From Camelus ferus (taxonomy: Eukaryota), in contig NC_045697.1 of assembly GCF_009834535.1 (NCBI RefSeq), positions 82,214,001-82,278,000 of the forward strand: a stretch of 64,000 nucleotides of DNA. Reading direction: 5' to 3'. Shown piece by piece: positions 1 through 14,011 of the stretch. Made by a program: the position numbers and the translations under genes. The notes below the pieces were generated by a model, which saw nothing but the letters and a program-made list of their open reading frames with translations, made no database searches and was not told where the DNA came from. Positions within the stretch are counted from its first letter, which is position 1, and every line of letters starts with the position of its first letter.

Positions 1-929
1 AAGCAAATGTTGATGGCTAAATATCCTAACTTGTTGAAATTTGCTGGTGCAAACTAATGAAGAATCATTTATGTATGCATAGGGGAAGGAATTTTTGCTC
101 ATTTTAACCTGAAAATAAGATAACATTTGCAAAAATATAGTCTTTATAACATACTGATAAATTAGTTGTTAGAAAATTCCAATTTAATCTAGCAACAGCT
201 TTAAAATAAATTAAAGGAGAAACAGTATTCCCATTTGAAACTGTTGAAGTTTTACAGCAAAATTCATGCTTTATATTTACTACATGTTAAAATAAAAATA
301 AAAAAGGAAGCATGAAAGGGAGAAACTCAAAATTAATGGTAACATAATAGCATCATTTCATTAAGTTATTTTTGTCGTTTTTCTAAAATTAATCCTCTTT
401 CAGTTCATACAACAAGTTTTGCCAATTGTCATCCCATTAGAAATGCATTATAAGTATGTGCATGTATTTTGTTCTCTCTGTAATATCTTAAAAAATAAGA
501 AGCATAGCTAAATGTATTTATATATAACTCTAAATACTTCTCAAGGGATCACTCACACTGATTTGAGGAACTTTCTCACCCATAATAAAATGAATAGCTC
601 TGTTTTTGATTTCACCAATTCTGGAGAGAATAGGAATGACATTGCCTATAAATTATCAAATACGTTTCATGTAAACTGGAAGAAATAGCAATAAGTTAAA
701 AATACTGAAAACAGCTAAAACTGATATGTTCAAACCCCAAAATAACTGATACTTGAACTTCATTAAATATTGAAATAGAATAACACACTGCAGCCAGGCA
801 GTCACTAGGAAAAGTCACATACGTTTTGGCATTTTACAGTATTTATGATGACACAGTATTTCAAAGGGGCTGTATGATGGCAGGAGCAGTCCATCCCTAT
901 CAAAAAAAAAAAAAAAAGATAATAGAATC

Positions 930-1480
930 TGAAATGATGATACTACATTTCAGAGAATCCCCTTGCCCATATGACTTTGAAGAAACATAATTAACCAAAA
1001 TTAGGAGGAGGAGGTTGAGCCCCAGCCATTATTCTCTGGAGGTCACTGTAGGTTAGAGTCCTTGAAGCAGGATGCCTGGCAGGTTCCCTTGTCCTCGCTC
1101 TTCCCGCATCTGCATTGAGCTATTCTTCCTGGGGTCCCTGCTAACCAACTGCAACTCTGGGCTCATCTTCAGATGCTTGGAGCAAATTCATAGGAACATT
1201 CATGACAAGAGGTAACAGAATTCCGCAGCCCACTCCTCTGGACCTTGTAAGTGCTGGACATGGCTAGCTTCCCGAACTTTCTGCAAGAGTCAATGTGCTC
1301 ATCTGCACCACTGACTCAGGAGACCTGTTGTAGGCTTTTTTCTGATTCTTCCCATTTGAGTTCTTTACTATCTAAGTTTCATTCCCAACTGTGTAAGATC
1401 TTAGTCTAGTGAATAATTTTCTCATTTAAAAAACTATATACAGTGGTGGTTCTTCTCTTGACTGATCCTTAACTGATTCA
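930..1480 (+). mobile_element. Old ERVL-type solo LTR, LTR33-like
   Basis: Contains actacatttcagagaatcccct near the start and ends ctcttgactgatccttaactgattca, resembling LTR33-family motifs. Confidence 0.55.
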
Positions 1481-1595
1481 GAGGATTATATTTCATGACT
1501 GTTATATTCTACCTTCATATCATAATATCCAACTGCTTTAGAGGATTATACTTTATGACTGTTATATTCCACCCTCATATTATTATGCACAATTA
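1480..1595. repeat. Tandem duplication, two copies with 60-bp period
   Basis: agaggattatatttcatgactgttatattctaccttcatat at 1480 and agaggattatactttatgactgttatattccaccctcatat at 1540. Confidence 0.9.
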
Positions 1596-3049
1596 AGAAT
1601 TTTTTTCCTCCAAATGTTGCTTTGGATATTTTTTGGAAGCAGCTCTCACTGTAGTGAAATATTGGCAAAGTGCAAGAATGGGTAAGGACGATAGTCTCCA
1701 AATACTTCAGCTTTTGCTGACCTGAAACTGCAAATTTGTTAGAGACAGATAGAAATGGTAGCATGAATAATCAAAAGGTATTTAATCCAAATGGTTGTAG
1801 AAGATATTTTTGCAGTAACTGCCATGGTTTCACTGCAGGTATACCTGCCTAGCACATTTAGTTTGACTGGTATAACTGTAGATTAGCCTCCCCTGCAAAG
1901 AAAGGGCCTGATGAATGAGACCTCAGCTGGATGTAACATGAGGCAGGGCTCACCAAGTCTGTTTAAAATTTAGACACAACCAGAATGAAATATTGAAAAA
2001 AAACACATCTTGTTATTTTTATGGATCAAAATGAAACTGAATTCATGAATCCATTATTAAGATATCACAATTATTTTTTTCTTTCACATGCTTTTTCCAG
2101 TAAACCTATGTATGATATTTTAAGGGAACAGCTGACCTCGATGAAATAGCTTTAAAAACACTTCAAATTTAAGTAGAGAAAAGCTTTTGTTTACTCCTCC
2201 CGACTTTTCAGTTCTTTCCTGTGATTTTTTTTCTCTTTGTGAGCACCAAATTTATAAGGATATATTATTCACTGTAAATTCTGACACAGTAAGAAATTAA
2301 AATTTTTTTATAATGATTGAAACAGACTGGCTCAGGTAGGCACACATGTGCATACACATTTTCAAAATTTAAGAAATGAGGTTAGGAGTAAGGGAAACCA
2401 ATATGAATACTTAAAATTGAAAGGCATAAAAATGCTCTAGGATTCAATATTTATCATGGTGTATTTGGAAACTTTGGGTATTTAAGGCCCACCAGTTAAA
2501 TGCAGTCCTGCATGCCTATTATTTTTATTCTCATCTCAAAAAACAGGGTGTTTGGATCTGTTTTCTTTTCTGTTATGCTCTTTCCCATTCTGCTTGGTAA
2601 CACTGAAACCTGAATGCATCATTCACTACTGACATTCCCTCTAACCCATGCCAAATGGGGCCACCATTCCATCATAAATAAATACTTTACACTCACAGTG
2701 TCTTCACAAATGGCCTCATATCCCTTTTGGGCGTCCTTGGAACCTGAATATCCTTCAAAGACTACTTCTTGTAGCCTTCATCGTGCCTTTTGTCATCCTT
2801 GAATGATTCGGCATTTTTCTCTTAGGTTAGAGCACTTCTTCTTCTGAGGTCTTCAGAGACATAAACATCTTTTATATATGCCTCATTATAATATAAAATA
2901 TATATGTGCTATATAATTATATAATTTTTACTTCAACTCCATGTAATCACCATTTTATTCCCTGTTATTAATCTTCTCCCATTACCATATTAGATCTGTG
3001 GCTAGTCACTTGATCTGCATTCTTTGGATCAACATTACCTTCTCCTTTA

Positions 3050-3560
3050 TTTCCTTCTGCATAACCTATGAAGTGTAGATCATCTCTACACATGAAGTTT
3101 TGTTCTTCTGTACCTAGGCACCTGAGGAATGCTAGAGAGAAAGCATAAAAGTTTATGATTTTCAGCCATTAACACTTGTCATCAATCACTCAACTTACTT
3201 GGGCCAACTTTTTCTCTCATTCCTCACTTAGTGAGCATTCAAACTTGATTTCTCCTTAAAATTCTTTCCTAAACTAACTCACTTTTTAATCAAATGCCAG
3301 TTAATCTCCTAATTTGAAAACACCACCACCACCACCAACAAAAAAAAACTTCAGACTGTCTTCACTAGATGTTTTACGTTGGTGAAAGTTCCTCCATGAA
3401 CAGTTCTTGGCTTCCATGGCCTTCCTCTGTTGGTCCTCCACTTTTATTTTTCTCTCCTCTTTCTCAGTTTTCTTTGCCAAATGTCTGTGTCTGCCCTCTT
3501 TCTTCTCTATACCTTGCCTCGGAGTGAACTCATTTACAAACCTCGCTTTAAATACTGCCA
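3050..3560 (+). mobile_element. Degenerate L2 LINE fragment
   Basis: L2-like segments such as ctttcttctctatacct...gtgaactcatttac...gctttaaatactg. Confidence 0.5.
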
Positions 3561-3599
3561 ATACAAACTTGTTGGAAGTGCTATAAAGGCAAAAAAAAT

Positions 3600-3970
3600 T
3601 TTTTTTAAATAGGATGAAGTAGCCCAGCAGATAATAACAGAAACCGCTGCCATGCCGAGGAGCAGAGAGAAAAAGGGAAGAGTTCATGTGACCAGAGCCC
3701 AGGCAGGATACCAGGCTCTCTAAAGGGAACTGGGACTACATAAAGAGGGGATGTCAATCAGGAACTGAAGCCGTAGTTGATAAAATCTATGATCTGAAAA
3801 GGGTGAAATGGAAGAAATGTCCTGGCTTCTACACCATCCAGTCTTTTCCTGGTGCTTCCCATTAGTGACATATAGCCTGGAGCCACACCTGGAAGTATTT
3901 CAGGGGTTAGCCTCTTGAAGAACAAAGTAAAGAAGGACAGAGAAAAATCACACAAATGACTGTAGCATGG
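3600..3970. mobile_element. Old ERVL/MaLR-type LTR fragment
   Basis: Purine-rich block with ggtgcttcccattag...cctggagcca, resembling ancient LTR16/LTR33/MLT motifs. Confidence 0.35.
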
Positions 3971-4504
3971 TGGTGTTGGCTTCTGGGTCTTTGCACAGGC
4001 TGTTGTCTTTGTTTTGAAATATTCTTCCATGTATGTTGTTTCTGTGTGTCCATAGTCTTTCCTGATGCCATCTCTGTGCAATACCTTTCAAATATATATA
4101 TATATATAATATAATTTTGAAATATCTACCAAAGTGCCAGACTCAAATGCATTATTCCTATGGAGGCTAAGTGAATAAGCATCACTACTTCCAAATGCTA
4201 CTTTCCAGGTCTCATAAATTCTAGAAATACAGAAAAATGTACTGATCTTTGAAAATCTTTATCCCCAAATAACTACACTCAGGTTCTAGATGTGTAAGTG
4301 TAACTTCATAAACTTCTTAACTCATAGACCCTCCTACCACAGAGACTCTTCCCATGTTCTCCATTACACAAATAGTAGTTTTCTTTCTCTATTTTAAAAA
4401 TGATTTTTAAAACTTTTAAGATGTAGTACTGCATCCTTTATATGCTCCTGTCCTGTTCTGATATATTGTCTTGGGAACACTTATCACAACCCAGAGAGAC
4501 AGTA

Positions 4505-4715
4505 AACAGGGATAAGATTCTGGAACGTGACTCATTAATTCATATTCAGACTTCAACATTTACCTCCTGAGTAATGCTGAGATAATTATTTAGTCTTCCA
4601 GTGCTTTAGTTTTCTCATCTTAAATATGAAGTGGTTAACATTAACTAATCCATATGGTTATTCTAAATACTGAGTCAAGATGGATAAAATACTTTAAAAA
4701 TTGCCTGGCAGAGTA
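4505..4715 (+). mobile_element. MIR SINE
   Basis: Core gtgctttagttttctcatcttaaatatgaag and tail aaaatactttaaaaattgcctggcagagt. Confidence 0.65.
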
Positions 4716-5744
4716 TTTTTAGTATTTCTTACTCATAATCAAATGAGTACTCATGAATTTTAATGAATACTAATGCAAATGATTCTCCCATCACAACTAA
4801 AAAGAAAATTTTCTTAGAAAAGCCCATTGTAAGAGCCCATTTTCATAATACAAAAAAATCATAAATATGGACTAATATAATACATATGAAATGGACAAAC
4901 GTAATTAATATGGTTAATGTAATTTCAAACTGAACTTACAGAAACAGATGAGGCTTTATTTCACACTCAATTATTTACTTATGTAGGTAGGTGCCCAATG
5001 ACATATCAAAAACTGCTGTCCATGTAGAGCAGATGGAAGAAGAGTGGAGAGGAGGGCACATGAATAGTATTTAATCAGAAAAAAATACAATCCCGTTGAA
5101 CTTTCAGAGAGCACTGCCATTTTGGATGGCTAGGTATTCTCATTTTTAGAAACAAACTGTATATGCTTATTAATGATGAAATAACTTGTAAGAATTTCAA
5201 CAGAAAAAAATGAAAAATAGGGTAACATTTTAGGCTCAAGACTTACTGACAAAGTCAGATATAATATTAAGTAAATAACACAATGAGAAAAATATACTAA
5301 TGCGTGAATTTTAATAACTGGTTTCTAACTTTTGTAGTTCTCCTCTCACCTTCAGAAATTCTACTTGATTCCATAACTTCAGGTTTATACTTTTCTTAGT
5401 GTCTTGAGTCTATCTTGACATAATGGAGGAGAAATTCTGTTCTGAAGTGGCATCAGTTCCATGATTAGGGCTAGCAGTCTATTTTTGAATTTGGGCTCTT
5501 CCCTAGAAAATAGATTCTCCTTTTTATCCATGTGTGTATGATCCATGTTTTAGTAAAGCCCCTCTAGGGTTGGGAGCCTGCCACTCTCTTGCCTTTCTCC
5601 CTCACAAGGTTTGAAACCATTATTTATGATCCCCAGCTGAGTTTCTAGAGAATTCTACCTGTTAATGGGCATCTCTGATCAGATTGCTACTTATTATGTG
5701 TACCTGAATAGCTATTGTCATACAGCACCTGCCTATCATAGCAT

Positions 5745-6177
5745 TTATTAAAGGTTGAATTGTGTCCCCCTAAAAGATATGTTTCAATCATAACCACCAG
5801 TACCTGTGTAACCTTATTTGGAAATAGGGTCTTTGTAGATAACATCAAATTAAGATGAGGTCTTTAGGGAAGGTCTTAATCCAGTATGACTGGCATGCTT
5901 ATAAGAAAAGGGAAATTTAGACACAGGGACGCATAAGAGGGCACCAGCATGGTGCACAGCAGAGACAGACTTGGAATGGTGCAGCTGCAAGTCAAGGGAC
6001 ACCAGGATTGACGGCCACCATCAGGAGCTCGGAAGAGGCAAGGAAGGATTCCAACCATAGCCCGGTCCACAAATTGATTTGGACCTCTAGGTCCCAGAAC
6101 TGCGAGAGGACAAATTTCTGTTGTGTTAAGCTACCAGTTGGTGGTATTTGCTATGGTAGCCCTAGGAAATGAATATA
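5745..6177 (+). mobile_element. MaLR solo LTR, MLT1B/MLT1C-like
   Basis: ggttgaattgtgtcccc...ccttatttggaaatagggtctttgtagat...ccagaactgcgagagg...gtagccctaggaaatgaatata. Confidence 0.9.
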
Positions 6178-7084
6178 TTTATCTTCCAAATTATTTATGT
6201 CAATTATAATCCTTAATGACAGCACATTCTAATTCAGACAAGAATTGTATCTCTCAGGAATGGTGTCAAAAGTGATGCTCTCATGCATCTTATTTTGTAA
6301 AAGAAAATATTAAATAAGCTCCTTATTTAAATAAAAAAATGTGTGATAAATTAGTGAATTGTGAGAAAGAATTCATTGGGGAAGATGACAAACTGACTTT
6401 TAAAAATAAGTTCGTTTGCATAACCAGAAATCACTCTATCATAACTCAGCTTTAAAACTGGTGAATTAGTGTAAGATAAAACCTCCTGACTGATACAGTA
6501 GAAGCTTACAACTATTTCTTTATTTTCACTATTTGAAAAATTATTGCTCTTCTTTGGATCGGAATATGCCATTGTTTAAAGATTTTTTGTGGGCCTTGGG
6601 ACCTTTTACATAAATTTTTCTGCCCTTTGCATCACAGGCATGCTCCTAGATTTTTGTCTTTGACAAAGAATCCATTTCTAATTGGTCTATCTTGTAACAT
6701 TACAATAATTTAGATGGCAAATAAATTGAAAAACAATAACATTAGATAACTCTGGAGTGAGTTGAGGAAACAAATATTAGAAAAGATTTTAGTTCCCCCA
6801 TTCTTGTAGGCTATGACAGAAACTGCTCTGTGCCTATGCAGTAGTAGAGCTTCCAGAAGGAATAGCAGTGATGACTGTGACAAAAGTGACATTCATGGAT
6901 TGATGTGTTCTGTATAAAGGGACTTGTGAGAAAGATATGTTAGAAATAGTAAACTATTTTTCTTGTCCAAAATAAATGCCACACAGTCTTTTTTGCCCTT
7001 GGCAACATTTAACACATTTCAGTTTTTACTATGTATCTTTTTTCTCCTACATCAAAAAAAAACAAAACAAAAAAAAAACAACAA

Positions 7085-7214
7085 TAAATAGATACACACT
7101 ACTAAAAATAAAACAGATACACCACAAGGTCCTGCTGTATAGCATAGAGAACTATATTCAATATCTTGTAATAACCTATAATGGAAAAGAATCAGAAAAA
7201 GAACATATATATAT

Positions 7215-7245
<31 letters not shown>

Positions 7246-7331
7246 TGCATATATATGTATAACTGAATCACTTTGCTGTATATACACCAGAAACTAACAC
7301 AACATTGTCAATCAACTACAGCTTTTAAAAA
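7085..7331 (+). mobile_element. L1 3' end, cetartiodactyl type, with internal (TA)/(CA) microsatellite
   Basis: caaggtcctgctgtatagcatagagaactatattcaatatcttgtaataacctataatggaaaagaatc...aactgaatcactttgctgta. Confidence 0.9.
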
Positions 7332-10300
7332 TATTTTTTAAAAATTGACAATCAACATATCCATTCCACAAAGTAAAGTGGAGATCAGTAATTGATTTTC
7401 GTGCAACGACATTATCATTGAGACAACTCCCCCCAACACCCCACTCCCACTGCCCAATTTGGCTCCAAAATCTACTTTTAGATGCAAACTATAGAAAATA
7501 CTTTTCATTCCAGATTTAACAAGAAAGCTGGACCAGCTCCATATCACTTACATTCCAGAATGACATTGCCATGAGTAAACCAATTTGAGCATCAGAAAAT
7601 GGTTTGCAGAATTTGCAAACATAAATATTAAGATTACCTCAATAAATGTTTACCAATATACAAATAAACATGAATATATCCCTATTTTAGATTCAGAATT
7701 TTAGAAGAATCAAATGAACTATCCGTAGTCAATTTTAATGATGATTTCAAACACAAAAATTCTGTCTATTCGCTTTGATTTTATAGAGTCATAATTTTTA
7801 TGATAAAAGGAAAATAGACCATTTATGACAATGCTCCCCTAACAGTATGCCAATATATGTTGTCCCTTCCTTAGATGACCCATCGCTCTACAAATGCTTT
7901 AGTCACTTTTCATTCAAAAATGGATATTGGCTTTTACACTCACTCTCAAATAAAACTTTGCCATACTCTAGCCCAAGTTGTGAGTATGATTGGATATCTG
8001 GAATCGTTTTGAGGTGAGAGCAGAAAATGTACCTGTATCTTGCAGACTGACAACCTCAATAAAAATGATATTAGTTACTCAGTCTGGAATGACCTGCTTG
8101 CTGTTTCAGTTCTGAATTTGGCAGGTGATGTGTTAAGAAGCAAGCAGTAAACTGGGCTAGTGGGGAAGATAATGCAAAACCATGAATTCTAGGTGTTTTC
8201 ATTAAATGTCAGAACTAGAATTTTAATTGCAGTTTTGATAAAGTGTACCAAGCAAAATGTTAAATTGCATCTTCTGCTTGCACAGAAATGTTATAAATCT
8301 TAGTAAAATGCTCCTTCAGTATAGGAAATTCTTCTTCCTCCCAAAATGCGTGCTATACTCCTTTCAACAACTTGTGATGTGTGTTTGTGTGTGTGTGTAT
8401 CAAGTTGGTAACAAAAAAACAAAGGAAACATAGAAATAATTTCATCCAATTAATCAAAAAATTAAAGTGATTTTAAGCCTATGATAATCATTTACAATGT
8501 TTTCTTCTCTTCAAATTTGAGCTTTTTAAATAATGAACCAAATACATGGAGATTTGTACTACTTACCTATGAGGACTTTTTTGTATTTAATTAGAAAGTT
8601 TTAAATGTTTAATAATATTCTGTGATAAATTGGGCTAAATAGCTAGATAATTTCTACTCTGTCACCTATTTTGTCCATCTATGTCTCTAACACAATGCAA
8701 ATATCTCTAATACAATAATAAAATAAAATTTTAATCTTGTTAAATGTCCCATTCTCCCCCAGTCAGTGTCCATCTTCTTCCTTTCATTGCAGTATAGTAT
8801 ATTGTTACTTGCCTATAAGGCATTTCTACTTATATCTTATTAACAATTCAGCAAAACACAGTCTACATTTATTTTCTAGAGCTGAATATACATATATATA
8901 TGTAACTATTTTCACTTCCTTACTGATGCCAATTGCTGAAGGAAAATCCACTGTTTTATGCATCCTACTTTATTTTAAATGTCCAGTAAGCAATGAAAAA
9001 TAAGCAACTCATTATTTTCAACTTAACTATAATCATAATAGGCCTAATTTCAAGAATTTATGGCTCATTCTGATACTGTAGCTTGCTTTGAATATAATTT
9101 CTGCATTTTAGTTGCACTGAAATTGAGTAGTACTCTAAAATCATTTGTAGGTTAACTTTGTCATGCAAGTAAAAAAGTGCAAGCTTCTGAATTACTTTGT
9201 CAGATGGTTTTCATGGTCATTTAAAAATGTATTAGTTGAACTTTAAAAAATAATCAGCCAACTGGTTTATCACTGATTTTTTGACGAGTAAGCATCCTTA
9301 TTATAGTCAGAATGAGACCCTAATGAGGCACACTGAGTGTGTTCTTCATCTGAGAGAACATGCAGAGTTCACTAACCACCCGCCTCGTTAAGTCAGATGT
9401 GTCATCAATGCGGGAAGTAGAATGGTGGTTATAAAGTAAATGTGAAGTGGAAGTTGCCACAGGAAGTCAATCTCATGTTTAACTCAAGGCTGTATTTCTT
9501 ACTGTGCTTATGTTTTGTGCTTAAGAGCTTTTCACAAGGTTCAGTTCTTAGTAAGAGTTAATGGAATCTATTGATTATACTGTTTTTGCACGCATCAAAG
9601 TAACTCATTCAAATAAAAATTTAGTTCTCTTGCAAGCACATATACAAATAAAACCAAGAAAATGTTTTTGAAAGTAGAAAAAATAGACATACCATTTACC
9701 ATTTGAAAAGAAAATCTGTCAATGTCATTTCCTGATAGGAATCAGCTGTGGATGACATTAACGATGGAGATCTCATTAATAATCCCCAAATGTAGCTCAC
9801 ACTTTGAAATACAATAAAAGCAATCACATGTAAATAAATGGGAGTTTTCTATAAAGTAACTATACTTTAATCTTATGTTTCTTCAAATGCCACAGCAATC
9901 ATTCCAAAATAAAAAAGTCAATCTCAAGTTAACCTGTTAAGTATTTCTTAAAAGTTATCTATGAACAGCATGTAGAAATCTACTATACAAGTATGCCATT
10001 TCATTACCTATATGTTTAATTTGTTATTCTGGAATTTCTCACATTTTACACAGAAGCTTAAGTAGATCAAATCCTTTGTTCAAAACAGAAAATGTAGAAT
10101 GAATTCTCCTCTTTAGTATATCCAGAAAGATTATAACACAAAAAGACTGGCAAGATATCATGGTGTTATTATCATGGAAACAAGTATGATAACTATCCTC
10201 TGTGTGAAATTTGATTATTTTCATATACATTATCACGTTAAATTCTCAAAATATACTCCTGGTATCCTTTTACAAATGAGAAATCTATACATTTTTTCGT

Positions 10301-11019
10301 GCTCTTAATGAAGCTAAAATTCAGGCTGATCTTTTAACTTCAAATTTCTTATTCTTTCCTGTGCTAATCAATTAGAATAGCTTATTAAATTGCAATATTC
10401 TATGCCAAGTAGATAAACTCTAAAGCAAGACTCCTTCATCTATTTTCTCTAAAGGATAAACTAAAGTAAAACATTTACTATTACAGTAGGTGATGGCCAG
10501 GTTTGAGTTTGGAAAGCCTCTAATAGAATAAGTAGAAAATATCTATGTCTTATACTTCATACAAAGATAATGAAGGATTGTCCCAGAATTTCAAAATATT
10601 TGAATAATAGTGATGGTAATTCTAGAACACTTGGTAATAATATTATTTTCTAGATTTTAATGTAAGCTTGTTGGGATTCCTACATGTCTGGAGACATAAA
10701 GAGCAATAGGCACACTGACTGTTTAACTGGACAGATAACTCACTCTGGGACAGCTGCCAAGAACCCCAAACATCATACACATCTCTATGAGACAATCTAG
10801 AGGCAAACAAGATACCATGTTCTCAAACTGCATACGTTTTAGTTGCTTGAAGACTAAACTAAAGGAAAGCAACTTTGAACAAAGGGCAGATCATTATTCT
10901 CACCAACTTTCAGTCTTGGAACCTTTGATATCTAATGCCATGACTTACCAGAGGCTATGTCATCCAGCTAAAGTATGTTTAGAAAAATATTCAGAAACTT
11001 AACTAAATATATTTATTAA

Positions 11020-11390
11020 AAAGATGGTGAAAATAAATTGAATAATCATTCAGTTCAAAAAGTTAGAGAATAGAAAACAATAATCTAAGAGGAAGAGAAG
11101 AAATGTAACTACATAAAATAATGAAGTAGAAAACAGAAAATTGATAGGACTACTGAATGAATGCAAGAGCTGATTCTTTTCATATAAAATAATAGAAGAG
11201 ATCAACATTTAGCTAATATAGTTAAATTAAAAAGAAAATAAGAACGAGGTAATAGCACAAACCCTAATGAGATCAAAAGAACTGTAATTGAATACTTTTC
11301 TCAAGTCTATCCAAATAAACATGAAAACTTTCATAAATTATAAGGAAAATATGAATGATAGAAACTAATCCCAAGGCAGAACTAAACAAA
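11020..11390 (+). mobile_element. Ancient L1 (L1M) ORF2 fragment
   Basis: A-rich degenerate match to the region between EN and RT (aatgaagtagaaaacagaaaa...aagagctgattcttt...tatccaaataaacatgaaaact). Confidence 0.65.
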
Positions 11391-11858
11391 AAGTTAATTC
11401 AGCATTTCTTAATAGATGTATGTTAGAACTGTTTAAGAATATTTTTTATAAATGTCAATGGCCCAATTATAATTGTAGTAATTATATCAGAATCTCTGTA
11501 GTGTATCTGTAGTGAAGAACCCATTCTCCAGTGGTTAAGCTCCTCAGGTGACTGCTTTGTACAGCTATGGTTAATAAGAAAACAGAAAAAAGATGAATCA
11601 TGTCCTGGGGAAGCTCAGAAAATAAGTATGAAAAAATTAAAGCATCATAGTAAGCATGGTTACATTGTTAACAGCAAGGGGGAGGGAGGGAGAGAGACAG
11701 AGAGACAGAGAGGGCTCTTTTATCAACATTTTAGAATATTGTTGTCTACGTGGATATCAAAAATCCAAAGCACTGCTGACAGCTGAATTGCTAAGTCATA
11801 CTTTAAGAAGAATTATTGAATAACAACAAGGATCTTTTTAAAATACCATTAACTCTTT

Positions 11859-11933
11859 TTTTTCTCAATTGAAGTACAGTCAGTTACAATGTGTCAGTTT
11901 CTGGTATACAGCACAATGCCCCAGTCATGCATG
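11859..11933 (-). mobile_element. Very short 5'-truncated young L1 with perfect 15-bp TSD
   Basis: TSD taccattaactcttt at 11844-11858 and 11934-11948; poly-T followed by attgaagtacagtcagttacaatgtgtcagtttctggtatacagca. Confidence 0.92.
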
Positions 11934-11959
11934 TACCATTAACTCTTTGATCCAAAAAG

Positions 11960-13930
11960 GAATGATTCAACAAATTTATTTATTTATTCTAGTTACAAGC
12001 ATTTCCAAACAATTATTATACAGCAAGCACTGTACAAGGTACCGAGGTTACAGAGATGACCAAACAGAAAACGTTCATCTCCTTCATGAAACTTTCATCT
12101 TAATGGAATGGATCCACTTAGGAGAGAGGGAATAAAGAGGATAATATTTTAGGTGGGGAGGTGATATATGACTTTTTTTAAGAAGGGGATTTTTGAACAC
12201 CAAATACAGTGTAAGAGTGAGCCATCTGAATTATAGGGGAAGAGTATTCCAGGCAAGGGAACAGGAAATGTAAAGCCCTCAAATGGTTATGGAATTGGTA
12301 CATTTGAAGATCTATACAAGGGATAACATGGCTGATGAAGAGTAATAAGGGGAAGACTTGTAAGGCTGGATGTCTGAGGAATAAGCAGGTGCCATAAATA
12401 CAGCTTTATGAATATGTGTGGATGAGTGATTTTGTATATAAAATATGATTTTGTTATAGGAATTTTCATTCATACACAAAACTAGAAAGAATAGGATATT
12501 ACACCCATATGTATTCAGCACTACTTAAAGATATTACCAACATTTTGCCAAGCTTGATTCGTGTATTTCTCTCTAACCACTGCTTTTATTTTTTTTGAGA
12601 AAGAGTAACAGGACAACTTTGTAGTTATACTGTTAAGTTCTCAAGACATTATTTCTCGAAACACATGATGCATATGTGATTGCTCCACTTTATGTGACAC
12701 AATCTTAGATTGATCAGAGAGTTATTATTCAGTCAATATAGTCTCACAGTTGTAACATTTCCAATGGGAACATAATGTTTGGAAATAAAAACAGCCTCAT
12801 GTTAGATTGGAATCAAAATAGAAAATCCAAGGAGAAAGCAAAAATTTGGATGATTAATTAAGCCAGTGGCTATGCCATTTGCTATAATAAGTAGCACAGG
12901 GGAGAAACAGACACTGGGATGAATTAGGACTTTATTCATGGATGTGGTTCATTCATGATGCCTCTTAACATCTAAGCCATGATATGAATCTGAAGTTCAG
13001 AGAAAAGGTCAGGAATGGGGATATAAAATTTTGGGGTCATCAGATTGGAGATAGTTTATTAGACAGTTGACTAAACATGGTAACCTTAATAGTAAGTATT
13101 TTAAAAAGAAGGAAAAGAGTCAGAGGAAAAAACCCTACAACACCTCATCATTTATTAGTTAATAAAAGTAGAAATATGAGACTTATGACATATGACATAT
13201 AAGACTTTTAAGACATATGGAACTTAAAAGATAAATGTTTGAGAAGAGGACCAGGAGGAATGATGTATCAAATCTCAGCAAAGAAAATATAGAAGGGAGA
13301 GAGTGATCAGCGGGGTCCAACATTGCTTAAATGTCAGATAAGATTAGGAACAAGAACAGAAATGTGGATATGGTAATGAGAGGTCATAACTCACCTTGAC
13401 AATAGGAATTCTCATTGGTGACGTGGAGACGAGCTTTTTTGTAATATTGGTTTCAGAGAACACTGGAGAAAAGGAATGAAGGTGGCAAGACAACAATGTG
13501 AATATTTCCATAATGGAAAGTGAAAATGAATGGAGATGCTTGTGCTGCCAAGAAAATATTTATTTGGTTTCGATTTTGTTCTTTTAAAGATGACATTTAT
13601 TCAGTCATCTTTATATGCTAACTGGACGGATCTAGGAAATAGGAGAATACAGAAAACATAGAAAAGAGAGTGCTTGCAAGAGAAATGGCCTATTTGGGTG
13701 AGAATTTAAAACTTTGGTGCATAAATGGAAAACCTGACTTTAGACAGGTGCAAGAAGTATTTGCTCTTTTTAGAAGAGGCAGTAGAAAAGTAAAATTTTG
13801 TGGTCATGGAGTTTAGGACTTCTCTTCATATTTTCTTCAGTTGTTCATAATAAATGTAATTATCAGTTGAGAATGGAAGAATTATTATGTCATAATTTTA
13901 TAGGGTAGCAAAGTGAATTGACCAGTGAAA
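11960..13930 (-). mobile_element. L2 LINE, fragmented and interrupted
   Basis: attcaacaaatttatt 3' end, gaagagtattccaggcaagggaacagg, gaagttcagagaaaaggtcaggaatggggatataaaattttggggtcatcag. Confidence 0.75.
12445..12570 (-). mobile_element. Old L1 (L1MC/L1ME) 3'-end fragment nested in L2
   Basis: ttgttataggaattttcattcatacacaaaactagaaagaatag...cccatatgtattcagcac...caacattttgcc. Confidence 0.55.
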
Positions 13931-13936
13931 CATATA

Positions 13937-13967
<31 letters not shown>

Positions 13968-14011
13968 GTATATATTTATACATAAATCATATGTATATTA
14001 TTTACATACAT

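Noticed and set aside
3301..4081. 128-aa and 107-aa ORFs
   Set aside because: They overlap L2 and LTR debris, have low-complexity composition and no recognisable domain.
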